From Christensenellales bacterium (GTDB taxonomy: Bacteria > Bacillota > Clostridia > Christensenellales > DTU072), in the NCBI GenBank assembly GCA_050945855.1, contig JBMNTS010000003.1, forward strand, positions 8,038-72,037: a stretch of 64,000 nucleotides of DNA, written 5' to 3'. Made by a program: the position numbers and the translations under genes. The notes beneath the pieces were generated by a model. The model was not told the DNA's origin. It was given only the letters and a program-made list of their open reading frames with translations, and made no database searches. Of this stretch, positions 57,050-64,000 are shown piece after piece. How positions within the stretch are numbered: position 1 is the first letter of the stretch; the number at the start of each line of letters is the position of its first letter.

Positions 57050-59722
57050 ATGGGATTTTTAGATAGGCTGTTCGGTAAAGAAAAGGAAAGACAGTTGAAA
57101 AAGCTAAAAGCAATCGCCGATAAAATAGAGGCGCTTGAAGACAAATTTTCCGCGCTTGACGATGAGCAGTTAAGAGCGCAGACGCAGATTTTCAAAGACA
57201 GACTCAAAGGCGGAGAAAGCCTGGACGACATTTTACCCGAGGCGTTCGCCGTCGTCAGGGAGGCATCCAAAAGGGTGCTTAACATGCGCCACTTTTACGT
57301 TCAGCTGATAGGCGGAATAGTATTGCATCAGGGCAGAATCGCGGAAATGAAAACGGGCGAAGGAAAAACGCTCGCAGCCACCCTGCCCGCTTACCTCAAC
57401 GCTTTGGAAGAAAAAGGGGTGCATATTGTCACCGTCAACGATTATCTGGCCGCCCGCGACGCGGAGTGGATGGGCAAAATATATAAATTTTTGGGGCTTT
57501 CGGTAGGCGTTATCCTTAATAATATGCCGCAGGAAGAAAAAAAGGCGGCGTATAACGCCGACATTACTTACGCCACCAACAACGAACTGGGCTTTGATTA
57601 CCTCAGAGACAATATGGCTACCAAACTGGAGCACAAAATGCAGCGGGGGCAAAACTTCGCGATTATCGACGAGGTGGACAGCATACTGATTGACGAAGCG
57701 CGCACGCCGCTTATTATTTCCGCGCCCGTGGGCAAATCCAGCGAAATTTATTTTACCGTCAACCGCTACGTCAACACTTTAAGAGAAGAAGATTACACCA
57801 TAGACGAAAAGGATAAAAATATTTACCTTACCGAATCCGGCGTGGAAAAAGCGGAAAGGTTTTTCAGAATCGACAATTTAAGCACCGCGGAAAACGCGGA
57901 CTTGAACTTAAAGATTAACTCCGCTTTGCGGGCTAATAAGATTATGCAAAGGGATAAGGACTATATAGTCGAAAACGGCGAGGTCATTATAGTGGACGAG
58001 TTTACCGGCCGCAAAATGATCGGCCGCCGCTACTCCGAGGGCTTGCACCAGGCTATCGAAGCCAAGGAAAACGTCAAGGTCAATAAAGAAAATAAAACTA
58101 TAGCGACCATCACCTTTCAAAACCTCTTCCGCCTGTATAAAAAGCTCAGCGGTATGACGGGCACGGCTATGACCGAAGAGGGAGAATTCAGAGGCATTTA
58201 CGAGTTGGACGTTATCGAGATACCCACCAATATGCCGCTTATCAGGAGGGACGAGCCGGACAAGGTTTATCTTTCCCTGGAGAAAAAATACGACGCCGTT
58301 ATTGCGGAAATAGCGGAGTTGCACGCCAAAGGACAGCCTTTGCTTGTGGGCACGGTGGACGTGGACGTGAGCGAACATTTAAGCGCCATCCTTAAAAAGA
58401 AAAAGATAGTGCATAACGTGCTTAACGCGAAAAGCCATGCCAGAGAAGCGGAGATTATCGCTCAGGCAGGCAGAAAGGGCGCGGTGACCATCGCCACCAA
58501 TATGGCGGGACGCGGAACGGATATACTTTTAGGCGGCAATCCCGAATACATGGCTAAAAGGGCAATGGAGAATTTGGGGTACACTCCGGAAGAAATATAT
58601 TACGCGGACTCCTATATTACCCTCAAGGAAGAAAATCTGATAGCCGCGCGGGAAAAATTCAAAGAGCTGGTCAAAGAATATAAAGAAATTACGGACGCGG
58701 AAAAGGCGGAAGTGAAAAAGCTGGGCGGCCTAAGGGTAATCGGCACCACCAGACACGAGAGCCGCCGTATTGACAACCAGTTGAGAGGACGCTCGGGCAG
58801 GCAGGGCGACGAGGGCAGCAGTATTTTCTATCTTTCTTTCGAGGATGAATTGTTAAGGCGGTTCGGCGGCGACAGGCTCAAGGCTATGGTGACCGCGCTT
58901 ACCCGGGACGAGGATACGGTAATTCAGATGCCGCTGCTTGCCAAACAAATAGAAAGCGCGCAAAAACGCTGCGAGGAAAACAACTTCGAGCGCAGAAAAT
59001 ACGTGCTTAACTACGACGACGTAATGAATAAGCAAAGAGAGCTTATTTATTCCCAGCGTGACGACGTGCTTAAAGGCGCGGACGTGCACGAGCAGATAAA
59101 GAAATTTATCAGACCTATATGCTCCTCTATAGTTTCCGCTTTTGTGGACTTCAGGGAGGGGGACGACATAGAGATAGATCTGGAGGGATTTAACAGCGCG
59201 CTGGAGCAAAAGATATTAAAAAAGGGTACCAATCTTATAACCGCCGAATTATGCGGCAAAATCGATGTGGAAGCAATTGAGAACGCGGTATATGAGGAAG
59301 CGTGCAGGCAATATGACGAAAAACTTACTCTTGCGGAATCCGCCGGCATAGATTTCAGAGAAACGGAACGCAATGTGCTGCTAAATCAGGTGGACAGACA
59401 CTGGATGGACCATATAGACGCTATGGACGCCTTAAAGCAGGGCGTGGGTTTGCGCGGATACGGGCAGAAAGACCCGGTTATGGAGTACAGGCGGGAAGGG
59501 TTTGAGATGTTTGACACCATGGTGGAGAGCATACAAAATAACACAGCCATAGTGCTGTGCAAGATCGACGTGGAGCAGGTTATAGAAAGGCGCAACGCGT
59601 ATATGGAACGGCAAAAGAGGGAAGCGGAAAAGGTAACCGTAGTATCCGATGGCCGTCCGGGCAGAAATTCCCCCTGTCCTTGCGGCTCGGGCAAAAAATA
59701 TAAGGTTTGCTGCGGAAAATAA
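57050..59722 (+). CDS. secA: Preprotein translocase ATPase SecA
   Basis: MKTGEGKTL Walker A, DEVDSILIDEARTPLIIS. C-terminal zinc finger CPCGSGKKYKVCCG. Confidence 0.97.
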   Translation: MGFLDRLFGKEKERQLKKLKAIADKIEALEDKFSALDDEQLRAQTQIFKDRLKGGESLDDILPEAFAVVREASKRVLNMRHFYVQLIGGIVLHQGRIAEMKTGEGKTLAATLPAYLNALEEKGVHIVTVNDYLAARDAEWMGKIYKFLGLSVGVILNNMPQEEKKAAYNADITYATNNELGFDYLRDNMATKLEHKMQRGQNFAIIDEVDSILIDEARTPLIISAPVGKSSEIYFTVNRYVNTLREEDYTIDEKDKNIYLTESGVEKAERFFRIDNLSTAENADLNLKINSALRANKIMQRDKDYIVENGEVIIVDEFTGRKMIGRRYSEGLHQAIEAKENVKVNKENKTIATITFQNLFRLYKKLSGMTGTAMTEEGEFRGIYELDVIEIPTNMPLIRRDEPDKVYLSLEKKYDAVIAEIAELHAKGQPLLVGTVDVDVSEHLSAILKKKKIVHNVLNAKSHAREAEIIAQAGRKGAVTIATNMAGRGTDILLGGNPEYMAKRAMENLGYTPEEIYYADSYITLKEENLIAAREKFKELVKEYKEITDAEKAEVKKLGGLRVIGTTRHESRRIDNQLRGRSGRQGDEGSSIFYLSFEDELLRRFGGDRLKAMVTALTRDEDTVIQMPLLAKQIESAQKRCEENNFERRKYVLNYDDVMNKQRELIYSQRDDVLKGADVHEQIKKFIRPICSSIVSAFVDFREGDDIEIDLEGFNSALEQKILKKGTNLITAELCGKIDVEAIENAVYEEACRQYDEKLTLAESAGIDFRETERNVLLNQVDRHWMDHIDAMDALKQGVGLRGYGQKDPVMEYRREGFEMFDTMVESIQNNTAIVLCKIDVEQVIERRNAYMERQKREAEKVTVVSDGRPGRNSPCPCGSGKKYKVCCGK

Positions 59723-59745
59723 CATCAAGACGGAAAGCGTAGTTT

Positions 59746-60849
59746 GTGATAGATTTTTATAAGGAAAAAGAAATTTTAGCCGGACTGCAATCGCAGGCGG
59801 AGATTATCTCCGCCGCTTTCGGCATTGATTTACTTAAAGAAAAGGTAAAGGAACTGGAAAAGCTGCAAAACGCGGAGAACTTTTGGGCTGACCCCGCGGC
59901 GGCGCAAAAGGTCAATCAGGAATTGACGGAAGCGTCCAAAAAAATACGGGTTGCGGAAACACTGAACAAAAATCTTGCGGATATAGCGGATTTAATCGAC
60001 CTGGTAGAAGAAATGCAGGACGAGGGCGAAGCCGCCGAAGTGCGCAAAATGCTTGCGCAGGCACAAAAGGAATGTGAAAGACTGGGCGTGGAGGCGCTGA
60101 TGCGCGGCAAATACGACGCCAACAACGCCATACTGACCCTGCACGCGGGCGCGGGCGGCACGGAAAGCCAGGACTGGGTGGAAATGCTTTACCGCATGTA
60201 TACCCGCTACGCGGAAAAGAAAGGCTACAAGCTGGAAGAGATTGATTTTCTGGACGGGGACGAAGCGGGAATAAAGAGGGTTACCTTTTTTATTTCCGGT
60301 CCCAACGCCTACGGCTATCTTAAAGCGGAAAAGGGAGTGCACCGCCTGGTGCGCATCAGTCCTTTTGACGCCAACAAGAGGCGGCATACCTCTTTTGCCG
60401 CGCTGGAAGTAATGCCCGAAATCATCGACGACGCCGAAATAATAATCAAACCGGAGGATTTGCGCATCGACACCTTCCGCGCGGGGGGCAAAGGCGGCCA
60501 GCACGTCAACAAAACGGACAGCGCAATCCGCATTACGCATTTACCTACGGGTATAGTTACTCAATGCCAGAATGAGCGCAGCCAGATACAAAACAAGGAA
60601 AGGGCTATGCGGATGCTAAAGTCCAAGCTGGCGGAGTTAAGGGAAAATCAGCTGTTGGAAGAAAGCAACCTTATTAAAGGGGATGTCAAGAAAATCGAAT
60701 GGGGCTCTCAGATACGCTCTTACGTGTTTTGCCCTTACACTTTGGTAAAAGACCATCGCACCAATTACGAGAAAGGCGATGTCAACGCGGTTATGGACGG
60801 GGAAATCGAGGAGTTTATTATCGAATACCTTAAGAGAGGGGGCAGGTGA
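59746..60849 (+). CDS. prfB: Peptide chain release factor 2, encoded in a single frame (no +1 frameshift site)
   Basis: SPF tripeptide (RISPFDANKRRHTSFA), GGQ (GGKGGQHVNKT). GTG start immediately after an in-frame TAG. Confidence 0.9.
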   Translation: MIDFYKEKEILAGLQSQAEIISAAFGIDLLKEKVKELEKLQNAENFWADPAAAQKVNQELTEASKKIRVAETLNKNLADIADLIDLVEEMQDEGEAAEVRKMLAQAQKECERLGVEALMRGKYDANNAILTLHAGAGGTESQDWVEMLYRMYTRYAEKKGYKLEEIDFLDGDEAGIKRVTFFISGPNAYGYLKAEKGVHRLVRISPFDANKRRHTSFAALEVMPEIIDDAEIIIKPEDLRIDTFRAGGKGGQHVNKTDSAIRITHLPTGIVTQCQNERSQIQNKERAMRMLKSKLAELRENQLLEESNLIKGDVKKIEWGSQIRSYVFCPYTLVKDHRTNYEKGDVNAVMDGEIEEFIIEYLKRGGR

Positions 60850-61907
60850 GCGAATACTACCGCGCCGCCCTGGAAAAGGGAAAGGCTTTAAGAGAAAGAG
60901 AAGATTTTTATATCCTCGCCGTAGAGACCAGCTGCGATGAAACGGCGGTTGCCGTATTGCGCGGAAAAGAGATAAAAAGCTCTGTCATTATGAGTCAGAT
61001 TGATATCCACAAGCGTTTCGGCGGAGTGGTGCCCGAGATAGCCAGCCGCAATCATACCGCGGCTATAGACAATATAGTGGAGTGCGCGCTGAATGAGGCG
61101 GGCGTTTCGCTCACGCAAATAGAGGCAATCGCGGTGACCTACGGCGCGGGACTGTTAGGCGCGCTTATCGTGGGCGTTTCTTACGCTAAAAGTCTGGCTT
61201 ACGCGCTTAATATCCCCATTTACGGCATTAATCATATTAAAGGACATATATTTGCCAATTTTGCTTTCCAGGATATGCAGCCGCCGGTAATAGCCCTTAT
61301 CGCAAGCGGAGGGCATACCGCGCTTGCTAAAGTTCAATCGTATAAGGATATAGAGATATTAGGCTCTACCCGTGACGACGCCGCGGGAGAAGCCTTTGAT
61401 AAGGTGGCAAGAGTGCTGGGACTGTCTTATCCGGGCGGTCCAAAAATCAGCGCGCTCGCAAAAACCGGGCAAAACAGTATTAAAATGCCTCGCCCTTTCA
61501 AGGGGGAGGGGCATCTGGACTTTTCCTTCAGCGGCTTGAAAACCTTTATCGTCAACCTGGCGCATAACTATGAGCAAAGAGGGGAAGCAATCCCCGCCGC
61601 CGATATTGCCCATTCTTTTCAGGGAGAGGTTTGCTCAATCTTAACGGAAAACACAATAAAAGCAGTGCGGTTGACAGGAATAAAAAAGGTGGTGCTTGCG
61701 GGCGGCGTGGGCGCCAACGACTTGCTGCGTGAAAAACTTTCCTCCGCCTGCCTTGCTCTTGGGGCGGAATTGTCTATGCCCGAAAAAAAGCATTGCACGG
61801 ATAACGCCGCCATGATAGGGGTAGCGTGCTACTACGCCATAAAAGACAACCTGTCCCCCTCCGATCTGACTCTTGACGCCAAAGCGGAACTGAAAGTGTG
61901 GGAGTAA
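60846..61907 (+). CDS. tsaD: tRNA N6-adenosine threonylcarbamoyltransferase TsaD
   Basis: ILAVETSCDETAVAV, GINHIKGH, ASGGHT. GTGA overlap with prfB. About 20-aa N-terminal extension if the GTG at 60846 is used. Confidence 0.9.
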   Translation: MSEYYRAALEKGKALREREDFYILAVETSCDETAVAVLRGKEIKSSVIMSQIDIHKRFGGVVPEIASRNHTAAIDNIVECALNEAGVSLTQIEAIAVTYGAGLLGALIVGVSYAKSLAYALNIPIYGINHIKGHIFANFAFQDMQPPVIALIASGGHTALAKVQSYKDIEILGSTRDDAAGEAFDKVARVLGLSYPGGPKISALAKTGQNSIKMPRPFKGEGHLDFSFSGLKTFIVNLAHNYEQRGEAIPAADIAHSFQGEVCSILTENTIKAVRLTGIKKVVLAGGVGANDLLREKLSSACLALGAELSMPEKKHCTDNAAMIGVACYYAIKDNLSPSDLTLDAKAELKVWE

Positions 61908-62032
61908 ACGTACTCCCTTCGGGAGCATGATGTACGCCAACGGAGTGGGTGCATTGAGGTGGACCTATGCGCCATAGGGCGCAATGCAATACGCCTGCGG
62001 CGTGTTAAGGTGAATATTAATAGGATAACAAA

Positions 62033-62062
62033 ATAAAAGCCGTTAATAAACGGCCTTTTTTA
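62033..62062. terminator. Bidirectional intrinsic terminator between tsaD and rplL, distal to repeat copy A
   Basis: GCCGTT-aataa-AACGGC flanked by AAAA and TTTTTT. Confidence 0.75.
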
Positions 62063-62133
62063 TGCCTGTCGATGTCACTTATAACTTATGGATAAGTGTG
62101 CAAAGGCATACACTCTGTCAAAACGCTTCATAT

Positions 62134-62271
62134 AAGAGCGTGGCAAAATGCTGTCATGCGAGGAGCGATAGGGAGCAACGCGACCGTGCGACGAGGGCGG
62201 GGGTATAGAAATACATAACCGAGCGCCCGAGCCGCACGTAGCCTGTATACGCGCCGCAATACGCCGCTCTA
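62134..62271 (-). repeat. Stop-codon-proximal GC-rich inverted-repeat element, full-length copy A (3' UTR of rplL)
   Basis: Minus-sense T-AGAGCGGCGTATTGCGGCGCGTATACAGGCTACGTGC overlaps the rplL TAG. Far arm CGCTCTTAT at 62132-62140. Second shared block GGTYATGTATTTCT(G)TATAC. Confidence 0.75.
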
Positions 62272-62646
62272 CTTTGCTTCGGCTTCGGCTCCGGCCTCTT
62301 TAAGCTTCGCCACCAACGCATCCGCTTCTTCCTTGCTGATGCCTTCCTTAACCTTGCCGGGTACGTTGTCAACCAACGCTTTGGCTTGAACAAGGCCAAG
62401 ACCGGTCGCTTCGCGCACTACCTTGATAACCGCTATCTTCTTGTCGCCGGATGCAGTGATGACTACGTCAAATTCGGTCTTTTCTTCTACTTCTTCCACG
62501 GGGGCCGCCGCAGGGCCTGCCGCTCCGACCGCTACCTGCGCCGCAGCGCTTACGCCGAATTCTTCCTCCAACGCCTTAACTAAAGAATTGAGTTCAAGAA
62601 CGGTAAGTTGCTTTATTTCTTCTATAAATTTCTTTAAATCTGCCAT
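62269..62646 (-). CDS. rplL: 50S ribosomal protein L7/L12
   Basis: [25 protein letters not shown]...[19 protein letters not shown]. The TAG stop is embedded in repeat copy A. Confidence 0.97.
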   Translation of the reverse strand: MADLKKFIEEIKQLTVLELNSLVKALEEEFGVSAAAQVAVGAAGPAAAPVEEVEEKTEFDVVITASGDKKIAVIKVVREATGLGLVQAKALVDNVPGKVKEGISKEEADALVAKLKEAGAEAEAK

Positions 62647-62676
62647 TATTCTAATCTCCTGATTTTTATTTTTTAA

Positions 62677-63162
62677 TTATCTGTTTGCTATCGCATCAAT
62701 AACTCTCGCGAAAGACGCGATGGGGGCTTGCAGCATACCCAAAAGCTGCGCAATAAGAGTCTGTTTGCCGGGTAGAGAAGCTAATTCTCTGCATTGGTCC
62801 TGGTTTAAAAACGCGCCGTCCGCAAGGCCGCATTTTATAGACATTTTTTTGTATTCCTTGGATTTTGCGAAAGCTATCCTTGCGGGCGCCGCAATATCTT
62901 CGGTGTTTGCCATAGCTATCGCGGTGGGGCCTTTAAGAGCGGAATCAAATTGGGTGTAACCCAGATCGTTAAGCGCGATTTTCACAAGGCTGTTTTTCAG
63001 CACTTCGTAGTTGCAGCCGTTTTCGCGATATTCCTTACGCATCAGAGTGTCCTGCTCAACGCTGATACCCTTATAGTCAATAATAAGGAAAGACTTGGCG
63101 TTGGAGAGTTTTTCTTTGATGTCGGCTACTTTGGCTTCCTTTTGTTCTCTGAACTTTGACAC
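62677..63162 (-). CDS. rplJ: 50S ribosomal protein L10
   Basis: 161 aa, GTG start after AAGGAGG. Gene order rplA-rplJ-rplL. Confidence 0.93.
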   Translation of the reverse strand: MSKFREQKEAKVADIKEKLSNAKSFLIIDYKGISVEQDTLMRKEYRENGCNYEVLKNSLVKIALNDLGYTQFDSALKGPTAIAMANTEDIAAPARIAFAKSKEYKKMSIKCGLADGAFLNQDQCRELASLPGKQTLIAQLLGMLQAPIASFARVIDAIANR

Positions 63163-63313
63163 TTTTACTACCTCCTTTATAAATTTTAAAAACTCCGCGT
63201 CACAGACACGGAGTTATAAAGCAATTGAATCAACAATCCCTTATTACTTCTCGGCTAGCGAATTTTAAATCCGTAAGGATGCTAAGCTGTCTGTGAAGCG
63301 TTATTTAGTTGTG
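63163..63313 (-). promoter_or_regulatory. rplJ 5' leader (position and architecture of the ribosomal protein L10 leader/attenuator)
   Basis: About 150-nt leader between the TTGACA-17-TATACT promoter and the rplJ GTG. Contains hairpin AACUCCG-UGUCUGUGACG-CGGAGUU followed by UUUU (63185-63215). Confidence 0.5.
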
Positions 63314-63319
63314 GTTAAA

Positions 63320-63348
63320 AGTATATGCTATATACCTTTTTTTGTCAA
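63320..63348 (-). promoter_or_regulatory. Promoter TTGACA-17-TATACT (rplJL)
   Basis: Minus-strand hexamers at 63343-63348 and 63320-63325, just after the rplA stop. Confidence 0.6.
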
Positions 63349-63353
63349 GCGTA

Positions 63354-64000
63354 TTAAATATAGTTGATCTTAATACCGGGGCCCATTGTCGAGGCAATGG
63401 CAACGCTCTTGATGTAGCGGCCTTTGGCGCTGGCAGGCTTTGCCTTTACGATGGCTTCCATAAGGGCGTTGAAGTTTTCCTGCAGTTTTTCGGTGCCGAA
63501 AGACTTTTTGCCAATGGGAACGTGGACGATAGCGCTTTTGTCTACCCTGTATTCCACCTTACCGGCTTTGATTTCTTCTATCGCTTTGGCGACGTTGATG
63601 GTAACCGTGCCGCTCTTAGGGTTGGGCATCAATCCTTTGGGACCGAGCAGTTTTCCCAGTCGGCCTACCAGACCCATCATATCCGGGGTGGTAACGCACA
63701 CGTCAAAATCAAACCAGCCCTTTTGAATTTTATCAATATATTCTTCCGCGCCAACGTAATCCGCGCCCGCTTGAGTCGCTTCATCCGCTTTGGGGCCTTT
63801 GGCTATAACCAGTACTCTTACGCTCTTGCCCGTGCCGTGCGGCAATACCAAAACGCCTCTGACCTGCTGGTCGGCGTGTCTGGGGTCTACGCCCAGCTTT
63901 ATGTGCAGTTCGATAGTTTCATCAAATTTTGCCTTAGCTGTGGAAAGTACCAGCCCGAACGCTTCCGAGGGGTCGTACAACTTGGATTTTTCAATAAGCT
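63354..64000 (-). CDS. rplA: 50S ribosomal protein L1 (N-terminus beyond the right edge)
   Basis: [41 protein letters not shown]. The reading frame stays open to the window end (..[13 protein letters not shown]), so the track's M is an internal Leu. Confidence 0.93.
   Translation of the reverse strand, partial: LIEKSKLYDPSEAFGLVLSTAKAKFDETIELHIKLGVDPRHADQQVRGVLVLPHGTGKSVRVLVIAKGPKADEATQAGADYVGAEEYIDKIQKGWFDFDVCVTTPDMMGLVGRLGKLLGPKGLMPNPKSGTVTINVAKAIEEIKAGKVEYRVDKSAIVHVPIGKKSFGTEKLQENFNALMEAIVKAKPASAKGRYIKSVAIASTMGPGIKINYI

Noticed and set aside
59723-59835. The programmed +1 frameshift expected in prfB.
   Set aside because: No CUU UGA C-like site, no internal SD and no upstream ORF0 in the appropriate frame. 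The single ORF already covers the RF2 N-terminus.
63354-63980. The L1 gene starting at MYDPSEA (63980).
   Set aside because: That M is a TTG-encoded internal Leu. The frame remains open to the window edge (..[13 protein letters not shown]), and L1 normally has about 25 more N-terminal residues.

Overview
The window reads as a gene-dense, mostly housekeeping stretch of a Bacillota (Clostridia-like) chromosome, using the standard code with all three stop codons. I call 58 protein-coding genes. One of them is a 52-aa rubredoxin missing from the ORF track, and two are edge-truncated (tsaC on the left, rplA on the right). I found no rRNA, tRNA, CRISPR array, intact IS element or prophage.

Recognisable content:
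- Translation and RNA modification: tsaC, rsmI, a TrmN6-like methyltransferase, cysS, prfB, tsaD, rplA-rplJ-rplL.
- Central metabolism: fba, GTP-PEPCK, eno, a four-subunit 2-oxoacid:ferredoxin oxidoreductase, split transketolase, metY, two aminotransferases, a GH38 mannosidase.
- A rubredoxin/Hcp stress locus, secA and rmuC.
- Three ABC systems: potABCD with an XRE-cupin regulator, a NitT/TauT-type importer, and an exporter coupled to a giant Big_2 surface protein.

Many sigma-A-type promoters (TTGACA-17-TATAAT class) and intrinsic terminators are readable directly.

The most unusual signal is non-coding. A GC-rich inverted-repeat element with the head AAGAGCGGYGCAUAGCGGCGC starts at or within about 3 nt of a stop codon, in sense orientation, upstream of the real terminator.
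- Two full copies of about 130 nt lie behind rplL and behind a rubredoxin-like gene.
- Two short copies lie at the metY and ABC-ATPase stop codons.
- A cluster of related motif units lies in the tsaD 3' UTR.
- It could be a REP/MITE-like repeat or a structured 3' UTR RNA. I cannot assign it to a known family from memory.

Other points worth a second look:
- An orphan promoter-leader-terminator attenuator in front of a TM1266-like ACT protein plus ABC importer operon.
- A Y1-transposase-like protein that has lost its HUH motif.
- Two paralogous tandem-SCP2-like proteins next to TPP/PLP enzymes.
- Two leaderless-mRNA candidates.

I see no clear-cut new multi-gene defence or mobile system. All novelty claims are inferences from sequence reading, with no database searches.
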